In this document: piece by piece, positions 1 through 13,280 of the stretch
Layout of the letters: each line of letters starts with the position of its first letter
Position numbering within the stretch: position 1 is the stretch's first letter
Assembly: GCA_037447605.1 (NCBI GenBank)
Contig: CM074817.1
Coordinates: forward strand, 1,488,001 to 1,552,000
DNA from: Zygnema circumcarinatum SAG 698-1b
Lineage: Eukaryota; Plantae; Zygnematophyceae
Direction of reading: 5' to 3'
Length of the DNA stretch: 64,000 bases
The notes under the pieces: model-generated
What the model was told of the DNA's origin: nothing
Databases searched by the model: none
The model's input: the letters and a program-made list of their open reading frames with translations, nothing else
Position numbers and translations under genes: made by a program

Positions 1-3000
1 CATCAAGAGCTGACTTGAGGCGTTCTACCATAGCTAAAGCGCGACATTCTGCTTGCTTGACCTCCATAATATCTCTGCCAACACAAACGATTGATGTGGT
101 GAGATAATTAACTATGCCTAAGAGGGTCGTCATGAGAAGATAAAACCTCCACGAAACCCTGAACGCACTCTCTCAAACAACCCAACGTAGAAATTCTTGT
201 GTAGACAGTAGCCATGATAATGAAGTAAAGGGCCGGCCGGCTCGGCCGCAGCACTTTCCCAGCCAGACACATACTCTGCCATTTCTATGGCTTCCTTCCT
301 TGGATGGGAATTCAAATGTCAAGCAAACACAATATGTGCAACAAGACGTGTGAATCCGATGGCTCTCTGGGTTTCTGGCTAATAAGAAGGGAAAAGGCGG
401 AGACGGAGTGAAAGCCAAAAATTACAATAACTACCAAAACTTCTAGATTAATTATCTTGCAGCAAAGTTCCTAAAAACGAAGGGGAGGGAGAAAAGGAAA
501 GGGGAAGCGTCAAGTCCATGCTAGACACGTTCTGAGGATGGCAGGCTGTATGCCTGTCAAACAGCATCGCTTGTTCTCGGCTCAGCCCTCACAGGCCCTC
601 ACGCTGGTTTCCTTACACAGGCATGGGCTGGTAAGCAGACCAGCATACAGGTTAAGGAATGATTTACCTAGAATCAGATGATTCTTGCTCAAACATCTCA
701 AGGAAAAGTTTCAGTTCCTGCTCACTCTCTCGCAAAGACTTCACCTGCCACATCAGACCAAGAAAATGGATCAGCCTCGTGCATGCAAACAGTAGTGAAA
801 GAATCCTTATGCTGGAACAACGAATCAACAATCCATAATCAAACAGAAAACAACAACGGCTAGGGTGAGAAGCCCGCTCCAATGGCTAGAAGCGAAAACA
901 TTACCTCTTCTTCTAAAGATTTCATTTCTGCATCCTGAGCACACCGCCTTTTCTGCAGATCCTCATATTCCCGCGCCTGAATGCCAAATGCACGACAATA
1001 GAGTTAACCCTCCACTCTTATCCAATGCGGGAAATTAACGGACCATAGAGAGGGCATAACTTAACTAGACTAAGGGAGACAGAAATCTCCAAGGCGATAA
1101 ACAGAGCACCTACTCTCAGGAGTGTTTAAACTCAAGTGGTAGGAAAAAAAACAAAGTCACATAAGCGTAAGTATGATAAGCGCTATAACTAATACGTCTC
1201 AAAGGCATACCCTGCTAAAAACTAATACCCGACAAGTGAAACGGACTCGTTAAGCATCTAAACGGCTAGGCGGGCTTGAGGTTGCCAAAGAGCAAGTACA
1301 TAGTGTTCTCATACCTTTCGCTCAAGGATTGAAGCAAGAGACTGTGCGTCTGCCCTAAGTCCATGCACTTCCTGTGCTGCCTCCTTGTACTTGCTCAGCG
1401 AGGTGGACATCATGTTCATCTCTTTATGAAGTGTGCTGACCATGACCTTCAGCTCAGCTACAGTTTCTTTCCTACCTGCATCTCGATGGGAATAGAAAAA
1501 ATGCTTTAGTCTCCTAAGCGAGTTCAACCTCTGTCTTTACTTTAGTGACAAGCATGCACAGAAGTACACACAAAAACTACAGATAAAATTATACGAGCAA
1601 GAGCCACCGTGTCCTACGACTCGGGGGGTTGAAGAATGGAGTGCTGCTACCACGTTTCCAGCTGGACTCTACTGAAATAAATGTGCAGAGACGCTGTTGG
1701 TCATGACATCTAATCCTTTCACCCTCGTTTCTTTCAAAACTGGGCTGTAGATTGAAACCAATATCAAGCACTGTAATAGAATTGAAAATACCATCAGCGC
1801 AGCCGAAAAACAGCAACTGAAGTCGGTGAGCATACAGTGGTGCAGAACTACAGCAAACAATTCCACTGAAGGTTGATGTTTTGCGGGATACCAAGAACTA
1901 TATAGACTGTTGCACAAAACTTAACATTCCCAAATTTGCATATTGAGCATTCCCTTGGCCAGTCCAGGCGTACCTGTAGCCTGATGAGCCTCTTCTAACC
2001 TCCTCTGGAGGCTATCTCTTTCAACCATACACTGCTGCAACTTTGCCTCAAATTCTTGGGCCCTGGCCTCAGCAATTTGACAAGCCCTTCCCGCAGCATC
2101 ACCAGCTTCCGCCTTAAATAACATCTCCTTCTCGCGCAGTGCAATTAGATCTCTTTCCCGCTGGAAGAACAGAGCATGGTGTCAGTTAGGAGCCATAACT
2201 TGCCTACGTTTTGACAAAATCTCCCAGACGTGCAGACAAAGCGGAGAGTCTCGTGTATGCAGACGCCTTCATAGTGCTCGGATGTTGAACCACAGAACAA
2301 CTTTCAATGTTGTTCGTTTTGCTCAATGAAAAAAAAAAAACCCACCGGCTATCGAAATATACCTGAACTTGTTCAACAATAAGCCGATACCTTTCCACCT
2401 CGCCTCTCAAAAACAGCATCTGCTCATTTAACACAATGTACAACCGAGAGGACTGTACACGCTGCTCCTCATGTCCTTCCGCCTGCAACAAGGGAAAAGC
2501 TCTGGTTTTCCTTAGCACAAGAAGACAAGCAACCCCCAAGATCATAAAGATACAAAGAATTTGGAGAATGAATGAAAAGCAACAGCGACATCACAAGGAG
2601 TGCCTCCACTCCTGGAAACGTCATCAGACGAAACCCTAACCCACTAGAAACCTAATTGTTGCAAATTTAGGTCACCCTGTTCACATAGCCGTAAGACAAG
2701 TACCCTGGTCCCTATTTGGACACATTACAGAAACCCTAATTGCCATCAGGATTTGCTCCAGCACCACGAATACTAACACAATAAGCAAATCGACAAGAGC
2801 ATCCATAAGCTCACCTGCACCAGGCGCAATTGCTGGGTAAGGTTCAACTGAGTCTGATGCGCTTCGTCCAACTCGGCCAACCTTCGAGCAGCCAATCTCT
2901 GCAAGAGATCATTCAGCATCAGCAGCCCCCCCGCCCCCATTAGACCTACAGGCCTGCTCACCTGCTGCAACCAAGCATATGCAAATACACAAGGAAGATA

Positions 3001-4771
3001 AATTACCTGAGAGTCTTCCAGAGCAGCTTGAAGATCTTTCACTTCCCGGCTTGCATCCTTTTCAGAAACGCCATTCAAGCCGGGTTCCAACTTTACGGGT
3101 GTACTTGGATTGCCTGGTACAGGTCCTGGAGCAGCACTTTCCTTTTGTTTTAAGGCAACAAGTTTTCTCCGGCTCGCCTCTAGCTCAGCTGTAAGGTCTT
3201 CCACCTGGTCTGTACACATGAAAGCAAAAGACAACTAAGCGAAACGCAAACAGCTTCTTTCCAGTAGCACAAATGGAATCATACTGAACTCCCATCTATC
3301 AATTCATGCAAATACTGCTACTATGAAAGCCAGATCCGTCATTAGCTCCCATACAAAAGTAACCCTACCTTGCAATTTCCTCATGCCACACTGGTAAGCT
3401 GCTCTCGCATCCTTCAGTTCTGCATTCTCAGCCATGATATTCCGATGACGAACATGCAAAGCATCCATAGCGCCCCTTGTTGATGCAAGCTCCGCACGAA
3501 TGTCTTCTTCTTCCAGACGCATCATCTTTACCTCATCTGCATTCCAAGACATATCCTTCAAAACACAAACTTGTTCACTCTCTTTTGAGACAAAATTATC
3601 ATGTAGAATGCAGCTTTCGACAAAGCAGACTTCTGCAACGATCATTGGACAAAAATTCTGTGAACGACCATCAAGGGTCATAGAGAGAATCTTTCAAAAG
3701 GTTTTGCAAAGTTCGCACAACAGTTAGCGAAATCTAGATCAGCGAAGAGAATTTAAGACAGCCTCTGAAGCCGGATGCCACCATATACCTGTATTGGGAA
3801 GAACCTTCTTCAAAGCAACTGCCAATTCATCATTCCTTTCCCGTTGATAATCAATAGCTTGTATAACGCGAATTAAAATCTTGGCTGTCGCACTTCTACG
3901 GGCTGCAAGAGCTTCCTCAATATGCGCTTCGGACGAGTCGAAATTCTCCGTGTCATCACTACTATCCGTTGCACCAGCTTGCAACAGACGATGAAGGAAC
4001 GTTTGCTCTGGAGGAACAGATTTAGGGCAACCAGCTGGCCATCACAAAAACAAGATGCAAAGTCAAGAAAAGAAACAGGGGGCTCAGATAACGTATTAAC
4101 AGCGAAGCAAGAACATAATTTGCCACGACCCGTGGAGAACTGCCAGAAAAAGCATCCAGAGAGAACCCGCCCCTGCCAAGCGCAAGGAGTTCACACCTTC
4201 TGCATAACTTGGTGGGTCCTGAATTCGAACTCCATTTGCTCCCAAAGGCGAGCGACTTGACAAGAGCTCCAGGTCTTCTAGTAACTGGAGCACGCAATCC
4301 CGACATTTGCAAGGTTAACATGTGCGCTTGCTAAACCTACCAACTGATGTACACAGACTCAACCCTAGCATGAGGAAGCATTCTTTCACAGCCTCACCTC
4401 ATTCCAAGCTCTATTGACCGTCATCAGAGTTTCATCATATTGAGCTTGCTTGTGCCGAAGTTGTGAGAACTTTTCTTCCAACTCGTGAATCTCCACCTTC
4501 TGCACTTCCAGCTGCTGTGCCAGCTTCTGGTTCTGATACTGCAACATGCCGATATCGACCTGCGCAAGGAACGCCATCATACAAAACACGGCATTAGCAA
4601 GCCAGGTGGCAAAATCAACTCACGCAACTCAAATTTATAAAAATAACCACATCGTCCTACCTTCTTTTCATCGCTCGATGTGGCCACAGTCTGCTTCTTA
4701 GCAGGCGGGGACGCGTTTGGATTGCTGATTGCAGGTCGCTTCTTCCTTTCTGGTTCCTCCGTGCTCCCCAT
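1..4771 (-). CDS. HUB1: E3 ubiquitin ligase BRE1/HUB1-like (H2B monoubiquitination); multi-exon, 3' end with the RING domain lies left of the window
   Basis: Exon 1 (4661-4771) MGSTEEPERKKRPAIS..PPAKKQ and exon 2 (4398-4559) VDIGMLQYQNQKLAQQLEVQ resemble the plant HUB1 N-terminus. Later exons HRDAGRKETVAELKVMVSTLHKEMNMMSTSLSKYKEAAQEVHGLRADAQSL, VKSLRESEQELKLFLEMFEQESSDSR and RDIMEVKQAECRALAMVERLKSALD (1-74) follow the HUB1 coiled-coil order. GT-AG junctions are in frame where checked. Confidence 0.88.
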
Positions 4772-6095
4772 CTTCTTCCCTCGGATGGGGGCCGGAGCAT
4801 TGCCAGCCAGGTGCGACGCAGGCGCGCCGCGTGCTACCTCCAGCTCGCCTGTTTGTCCTTCCTTTCCTCCCCTCCCCTCCCCTCCCCTCCCTTTCCCTTC
4901 CCTCCCAGCCCTCCTCTCGCTCTCTCTGAGCCGCAGCTTCCAGGGGAGAAGACGCTAGAGAGAGAGAGGGAGCGCTGCCCTTGACACTCTGCCGCCAAAA
5001 GAACATGGCGCTGAGGCCCTCAAGGCCAGGGCCCTTCCCGCCCCTGCGACGCTTTGCGACAATTTCCGACGGTCGTAGCCAATCACACGGCCGGAAAGGA
5101 AAATCTCTGCTCATTGGCGACGCAGCAACGGGCAGAAAAATTCGTCGTCGGCCAATCGTAGAAGTCGCTGACGCGTGTCTGCGACCGGGTGGGCGACCAA
5201 GAGGTTTTTTTAATTTCTGAAGTTACCCGCTTTATTCGGTTAGGAAAAAACGTTTTTTCGTTGCAGGCGTCGGGCAATCTGGACTCGTTTCCGACTGCGA
5301 ACCGTCGGAAAACTTTTTGCAGAAAATGTTTTTTGTGCGAACCGAGTTTGCGTGCGAATGCCGAGTTGTGTGCGATAGATTGCGACAATATGCGACAGTG
5401 TGCGACCATAATGCGATAAAATACGACTAAATGCGACAAAATGCGACGCGTTCGATGATCGCATGGACCCGTGTCTCCGTGACTCCGTGGGAGCTCGTCC
5501 GCATCCTGCAGGGCACTAGCCCTGTTCACACTGGGACAGCTTTTCCAGATTTCCGCACTTGCAGGTCATGTCACTGACATACATCACCGAAAATCCTCGA
5601 AAACTTGAAACCCTAAAACTGATGAAGTGAGTGTAACTGGCATTTTGAAAGTTCAAAGGTGGAATAAAAGTGAGGTGCACCAACATGGCAGAAACCAAGC
5701 AACATTGCTGAAACATTTACACTGTCAATAGAACAAAAAGGGTGCAAGTAAAATGCGTTTCAAAGGGTTGATACATACACCACGGAACATCCCTCTTCAG
5801 TTCACCCCCTGTGCCTGCAACCCCTCTCCCAATTCTCCTTTAACACTCGTCGAAACTGTAAAGCTGCCAAGCGGCCTAATCCTACTATAACAGCAGCCCA
5901 CCTAAAACGAACTAACCATTTTTGACAGAAAGCGCTCGAGCAAAAAGATCGGTCAGAACTTGATAAGACAATAGACCAAAACGAATAATAATTTGGGTGT
6001 CAACAGTCCTCTTGAAGAACAGCGCAAGCCACCTAACTGCGCTTTTTCTGAACTGATTCACACATAAAAACCGCTCATCACTGGTCGCCTCTCAC

Positions 6096-6303
6096 TCATC
6101 TGTAAGAGCCTCCAAACTGCCCGGGCGGAGCAACTCCACTTTGCCCATACCCAGTTCCCGGTGTTCCAAATCCACCTCCAAGTGGGCTTGCTCCATAGCC
6201 CATGTTCATTGGCATAGGAGAAGCCATCCCCATACCACCCGCAGGATACATGCCAGGTCCCCCCATACCCATGCCAGTCCCCATGGGGCTTGAGGCACTG
6301 GCA

Positions 6304-6335
<32 letters not shown>

Positions 6336-7543
6336 ACCCATACCCATACCCATGCCAGGAGCTGGAGGAGGGGCGAGAGTTGCTGCTCCTGCCTTTCCTA
6401 GCCCTGTCCCTGAACCCATGGCCTTCCCCATTGAGAAGGAGTTGTTTCCCTTTGCAGCCTCCGCTGCTCTCCTTTCTGCAGCCTGCTGTGAGGTAGAGAG
6501 TGTGGTTGGGAGTTCGATTCCCAGATCCTTCAAAGGATTGTCCTTCGCTGCACCCATACATTCAGACACCCCCGATCTCGTCACTGCAGTTCAAGCACAG
6601 AGGCGGGCTGTGGCAGAACAAATGGCAAACAAACATCTATAAGAAGTCAACAAAAGAAACACGATCAGGATATCAGGATAACAGGATATCTGCTGCTTAT
6701 AGGGTCAGGACTACTCAACGAGGACGAATCCAAGACCAGCTTAGAGCTGATAAAGACGAGAAAAGTAGAGAAATCGGAAAGCAGGAAGCAAAGGTTGGAC
6801 AGGCAGAATAAGTGGCACTCACGTTTGCTAATGTTGAGGTCCACCAATCCTTTGCTCAGAGCATCTGCCCAGAGACCTGACTTGGATTCAAAGCTCTTTG
6901 TTGCACTGCTTGCAGTCGCTGCTGTTCGCGGTTGCTGAGTGCCAATAGCAGAAGGGGAGTCAAACAATGCAGGCCCTCCAGGTGGTGGAGAGAGAAGGGA
7001 AGTTGTGCCCGGCATTTGCCACGAGGTTGACACTGCGGGTGGCTGAGACATAGGTGGAGGGTTTGATGGAAGAGGAGTAGAAGGGAGACCGAATGGGTCG
7101 AAAGATGAGGCAGCCGAAGCTGCTGGGGTTGCAGAAGGTATTTGCGGGAGGGGTGTAGGGAAAGCATTGAATGTGTTAGAAGAAGGGAAAGGGGTTGCCA
7201 CAGCAGGAGTTGGGAAGGGTTGTGCCGCTGGAGAAGCAGCAGTGACATTAACAGAGCCGAAAAAGTCGACAGGAGCCTGCAAAGGGAAATGTGGTAGCCA
7301 TGGTAAAGAGATCAGACTGAAGCATCAACACAGCTGAATTACAGTGGCAGCATGGGGCTTTCTGAAACTCAGTTGCTTGAAACCTTGGAAAGGTAAGTGT
7401 GTGCCAAGTTGTGTGAATGCAACAACGAACAAAAATCCAGAAAATTTAAAGATCTTATAAAGTATACAGACTTCTCGTGTGTAAGCAACGGCGAGCAAAA
7501 CTAAACTTTCAAAGCAAAGCTTGTCCTAATTGCTCTCTCTCTC

Positions 7544-7587
<44 letters not shown>

Positions 7588-10500
7588 TCTCTCTCTCACT
7601 CTCTCTTTCTCTCAGTACGTACCGCCGGCTGTGGAGCACTCTGGAAAGGTGCGTCATCAAAAAAGTCAGTGCTTGTAAGTGGTGCTGGAGGAGGTGGAGC
7701 CTTTGCATTTGGGGCCGAAGAGAAGAAGTTCTCCTGCTTTGGTAGGGGAGCTGGTACAGCTGCTGCTGGAGGTGGTTGTGCTGAAAATGCTGCTTGCAAA
7801 TGGGGAGAAACAAACACGTTACTTTTTTAGCCAGTAGTCATCTGCCAAAAGCACTTACATGATCAACTACACTTCCAAACGACTCGCGGATTTAAGCCCA
7901 GCGGCTATAGCCAAGGGAGTCACATTTGAAGCTCAGTCTTGTGGTCTCAATCGTTTGCAAATCGCAGAGCAATATTGAACCTACGAAAACACACATCATT
8001 CTAGACGATTGAAGACTAGAAAAATTCCATGAACACACTATTTGACATCTCCTGGTATGTCTTATACATTCTTTTAATGAATAACACTGGCCATTAGAGA
8101 GCGGTCTCATCAAGGTTAATAATAACGCGAGGCTTATAATCATACAGGAGGATGCCGCTCCACGAGGATCGAAGTCATCAAAATCGTCATCAGCTTGTAC
8201 GGCCTGCTTCCTCTCTGTCCAAGCTTGTTGCTTACGTCCCACAGCAGCCGAGATGCCTCCTGCCTCCACTCTGCGTTAGAAGCAATATCACAGGTATATC
8301 TTAATTTTATTCGTATTTTAATCGCATGAGTCAGGTCCCAGAACCAATAACATTTTCAATTGGACAAGGTTATCGTCGATATGACACTCCAGTCTCAATT
8401 GAGTAAATTATAAAGATGGCAAAATCGTTGTATCTCATGTATGTAGTCACAACAAAACATAGATTCACTACTTCCTTCAAGTTTGTTTGAATCATGGCAA
8501 AAGTGGATGCATTTGAAGCTCAACAAACCTGTCATAGTCTCCGGAATTATCCTTTGGCTCATCGTCCCTGAAAAGCATCAAGCAGTCCAAACCCCTCTGT
8601 CAATTACGCCAAAACTATTTATGATGTTGCAATGAGAACAAACTTATGGAGAATCAGACGCATCCACAAAATGGGCTATTGCCAGAGGCAAACGATAGGT
8701 ATAAAATAAGTAGTCAGAAAAGAAAAATTAGCCATAAAACTGCAGGCGTTCAGTATGGACCAAAGATAATCTAAGACTAGATGAATTCAGCAGACCTGAC
8801 TGACTGGCCAATGAAGATTCTCCAATCAAAACAAACATTCCAATTCGACCGAAAGAAGTTTTCAATCTCAAGCTTCACACAACTGGTTGTAGATTCAAAA
8901 AGTTTGACCCCTCTACGATGACAAATCTCCAAGACAAAGGGGAAAGAAGAAGAATGGTTTTGCTTAGAAATTTCAAGTACCTGGTAGACGAGAAGCCTTC
9001 CTGTTCATAACGATCCCTTCTAGAGTAAGGGCTGCTTCCGTTGTAGTCATTGCCACCTTTGCTACGAGCCCCATCATAGCCGTCACCCATGCCATCGTCG
9101 TATCGGTCATACTTGTCCCTTCCACTATTTCGTTCAGCTCCTGAATCACTGTACTTGTCCCCATAACCGCTTCCCCCATATGGGTCCTGTCTGTTACTTC
9201 CATAATTGTCCAAACCATCCTTGCTTCCTCCGTACTTGTCGTCATCATATCGATCAGATCCATGAGAACCGAATGATGATGAAGACTTGTAACCGCTTGA
9301 AGAAATTCCCCGATACCTGCGTTATTCCCAAATTACAGAAAATGCTTTCATACAAGGGTAAAGAAACCCTTGGAGGCCAACATAACCTGCATCTGTAGAC
9401 TATTCTGAGGACTCCCAGACCTCCATGCTAACTGGCTAACATTGACGTCAGCAAATGCTTCATGAGGCTGCTAGACTGAGCTATCACAACCAAACTCACC
9501 CGTCAACCGACACAAAGAATGAAAATGAGTGGGCGAATTTCATGATTTGAAAGGGGGTATGGTTCTGAGTTTGCATTTCTAGCCGCATTTTACGTTTTGC
9601 CTTTTTCTACTTTTTTCTATAACTGCACTCATGAGGGTGAGAGAAGATGTTCCAATCTCGTGCACAGAACTTACTTATCCTTGTTGCTTTGGGCTTTCTG
9701 CCGAACTTCTTTGATCTTGTCACTGTCCTTGATCAGACCCAGAAGGGTTTCTGCCTTTTTTCGAACGTTAATGCCCGAATCCTTGCCATTGGGTTCAATG
9801 AACTGGAAGTTCAAGAGAGCCTGTGTACAACACAAAAGGCCATGTAGCTTTAACATTTAATGGCTACCTACCCATGAGACCAACTGCTCCGAATGCATTG
9901 GATATGAGGCAAAGGAATGATGCTGACTTGGGATGTGGCCATTACTCACCTTGATCTGGAAAGAATGCTCACGCAATTCATCTATCACTCGCTCAGATCC
10001 ATGAGCGACCAGAAATTCCATCACCGTCAAGGACTGGATATGACAGTAAGAAAATGTTAGAACTGGGACAAGACAACATGGAATAAATGAAGAGGCAGCC
10101 TAACATTCATTCAATCGAGCACATGATGCACCCTATCTAGAAATCAGTTTCAACATAAGAAAAAAAGCCTTTAAAACAGCATCCTCACTTGAAGGACTTG
10201 CAATGGTCCCTTTAGGGAACTGCCTTCTAGAATTCACCTTATACACATGACGCCAGTTCTTGCCGGAGTCTTGGAGACGTTTCCACAAAACGGCCATGAT
10301 CATCTGAAATTCCGTGCTGTTGCAACAGAACAGAAACCAGAAACAAAAGAACCAAGTTTACTACGGATCATCAATATAAAGCGTTTTAATCGCTCCACAT
10401 TCGAAGGTTGATCCATTCCATCATGGATAGGGAAGCGGATGAAAAATCAAAACCTTTGACAGAGGCCGTTGGATTCACACAACATATTTGGAGAAAAAAT

Positions 10501-11832
10501 GCAGCGATAATAACCTGACTCTAAGCACTTGCAACTATAAGGATCAAAATCACTCCAGAAAGCATAGTTTCGGGGGAAAACGCCTACTAAGTGCGAGTGG
10601 ACTGGGCCAGTTCGGTCATTAAGCTGCCGTGGGGACCCCACGGCTCGTTGCTTGTGGCATCAAGAGTCTGTGAAAAGGCAGCCACCCAAGTCCCTTTGTC
10701 AAAAGAAAGGCATGCGGGGTGGACCAACCACTGAACCTCAACAATCGTCTGAAATTATTCAAAAAAACAACTGTAATGTACATCAGAAACAACTCGAAAT
10801 GATATGGGGAAAAGCTAGTACCTTTTGCTCAATCTCTGGTACCTTCAAAATAGTCTTATTAACTTCCCTTTTTCTGCACAGAAAAAGCGAGAGAGCGCCT
10901 TCAGTGTGACAAAGAAGGAGAACTGTTAGATTGCCCTAAAAGAACTCAATGTTAGCAATGCTGAAAGACTTACCATCAATTTTAATCTCTAACCAAGAGA
11001 TCAGCAAAAAAAAACTACATCCCCTTGAAAAAGTTGGTTGATTTAAAACATTTGAAAAGGGTTAAGGGCGGTAAACTTCGTGACAGAAATAACAGGGGAA
11101 GAAAAGGGCGGTGGCCAAGACTGATGCAGTAGGAGCGATCTAGCATAAAGAGAAAAGTTGTTGAACCTGCCACTTCAGCACTTTTTAAGTTTTGCTTTCT
11201 AAGAAAAGAGACCTACTACAGGAGGGCATCTGCCTCTTCAGCATCTTACGGTTTGCTTTCTGTAAAAGAGACCTACGAAAGAAAGAAAAACCTCTAAAAA
11301 GAGGTGCTCGGAACGATATTTGCAATTGTCAAAATCATCACGGAGCAAAAATGCAGCGAAATAGATCCCCACATTGAAGCGAGCGTCAAACAGACAATCT
11401 TTATGATCCCATGCTGTGAGTCCAATCCAAAGCGTCACAGCATCACCTCGACGACCAGATGAAAAACAGCATTCGTGGTCGTCCAGGCCAATAGCTACAA
11501 TAGCAGCTGCTGCCGAACCGAAAATCAAACGGTCTCAGGTCTTTGCACTTAGCATCAAGAGACCCTTTTGAACATACCTCTAATCTCAAGGTGTTCCTGG
11601 AACACTTGTAACTCGATGGATCCGACTGTGGAGTAGACTTCTATAAGCATGAGACTTTCCAGAATAAAAAATGATAGTTTACCTTTCAAATGATCCGCCT
11701 TTATTCGAACCAAAAGAAGCAGAATCAAAAGAAAAAGAAAAGAACCAGGAAATAAAGAGCTCCCGGCGAGAAAAAAACTCACATGTCTCGCACAGTCTGC
11801 GAAAGAACTTTAGTGAAATCCGCCATCGACAT
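6096..11832 (-). CDS. EPSIN2: Clathrin interactor EPSIN2/3-like ENTH-domain protein (multi-exon)
   Basis: Spliced N-terminus [17 protein letters not shown]|[17 protein letters not shown]|[27 protein letters not shown]|[26 protein letters not shown]|[28 protein letters not shown] is a classic ENTH domain. Later [28 protein letters not shown] and [21 protein letters not shown] match plant EPSIN2/3 motifs. Stop at 6096. Confidence 0.9.
7533..7613. repeat. (CT)n microsatellite in an EPSIN intron
   Basis: Directly visible dinucleotide run just beyond the donor of the exon ending ..QSAPQPAVR. Confidence 0.95.
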
Positions 11833-12299
11833 GGTGACGAGCTCCAAATGCCGCCTAACTGCCTGGTCTGGCAAGCCCTCCTACCTCCCTCCCCACTCGT
11901 CCGCTTCCTCCTATCCTCCAGCCGAGACCTCTCCTCTCTCCTCCCCTTTCTCCTCCTCTCTCTCCTCCTCTCTCTCTCTCCTCCCCTCCTCTTCTCCCTC
12001 CCTCCCGCTCTCCCGCCCTCCCCCAGCTGTCAGCGCGCCCCTGTAGGAGCCCTGGCAGCCATAGCAGGCGGGGGCGGAACGGCCTCCCTCGCTCGCACGT
12101 GCGAGCTGGCGCCCGACCGGTCCACTGCGGGCCAAACGTTTCAAGGTGCGGGCAGCGCTCTTGGGACATTTTGAGGTCTGCCCGCAATGTGCGGTCAGAG
12201 GGCGAACCATTTGATACCGCTTGTGGATGGGGGTGCCATGAAACGTGGCATGGACAACAACAACATTGAGAATCACGAGTGGTTTATGAGAGAGGGCAA

Positions 12300-12300
<1 letters not shown>

Positions 12301-12345
<45 letters not shown>

Positions 12346-12346
12346 G
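12301..12346. repeat. (ATGGGC)7 hexanucleotide microsatellite upstream of EPSIN
   Basis: Visible tandem ATGGGC units. Confidence 0.9.
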
Positions 12347-13196
12347 CGATGGCGAGGGCATCAAAGGGCTTGTGCAAGGACTCTATGAGACTGCGAGTTG
12401 AGGAGAGAACCATCTGGTAGGGGCTGCTGCAAGTCGACGCTTTTTCTAGATTGTAAATCGACAGCTGGCCTGCAAAAGAGACATACGACCCTCAACATTT
12501 TTCATGTTCATCATGCGGACGTAATCTGAACTATTGCATGAAGGTAGAGACCAGCCCGCCACATAACTCTCTTCCGAGCACAACTGTCTTGAACAGAGTA
12601 AGCTGAGAAGGGTTCGTGTTAATCTAACTTGAGTTTGCGCTTGCAACTCCCAACACCCTGCCACCCTTATTTCAAAATGATTCACATAGCGGAAAATGGC
12701 GTTGATCTCATGATGGTCTTGTGCATGAATTGTCCATTATGTGCCTCGTTTGGAATTGATGGGGAGCCCGAGTCAGAAGTTATAGTAAAGTATGTCCGAT
12801 GGAATGTTGAGCGTAGAAGGCTTGAGGATCTCGGGATTTGGGACCGCAATCAGGATGATGCCATGTTTGTACCTTGAAATTCGTAATTGTTTGTTTACTC
12901 TAGCGAAGGTGGAAAAAAGGTTGTGTTGGGAAAAGCCCAAGTCGCAGCATGCATTGGAATGCGAGCCATAAAGAACGGCCCGCGGCGAGCGCAGCGCTGG
13001 GCAGTGCCCGCCCGCCCGTGGGCCCGTGGGCGCGTGGGAGGGGGACGCGTGCGAGCGCGAGTGGAAATGTTTCATCGTCCGAAGAGCCAAGCCGTTCATT
13101 TCTAGGGGTACGTTTCTGCCCGTTTTTCAAAATTCAAAAAAAAATTGATATGAATTTAAAGTTATATAGTATTTAGACGAATACACCACCCATCAT

Positions 13197-13280
13197 CCGA
13201 CCATAGCTCAGTTGGTAGAGCGGAGGACTGTAGTGTAAACCGCCATCCTTAGGTCACTGGTTCGAATCCGGTTGGTCGGA
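13197..13280 (+). tRNA. tRNA-Tyr(GUA) with an 11-nt intron (13234-13244)
   Basis: CCGACCATAGCTCAGTTGGTAGAGCGGAGGACTGTAG|TGTAAACCGCC|ATCCTTAGGTCACTGGTTCGAATCCGGTTGGTCGGA gives a 73-nt mature body matching the plant cytosolic tRNA-Tyr pattern. The intron sits at the canonical 37/38 position, A and B boxes are intact, and a T-run terminator follows about 12 nt downstream. Confidence 0.97.

Noticed and set aside
154-164. Telomerase RNA template-like AAACCCTGAAC
   Set aside because: It lies antisense in a HUB1 intron, no type-3 Pol III promoter or terminator was recognised, and telo-box-like words are common in this window.
5509-5534. Helitron 3' hairpin (CAGGGC-ACTA-GCCCTG) followed by CTGG
   Set aside because: The spacing is too short, no T follows the CTRR, and no 5' TC end was identified.
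6202-6642. Plus-strand MPMPMP-rich 146-aa ORF
   Set aside because: It is the antisense shadow of the EPSIN GMGMGM exon.
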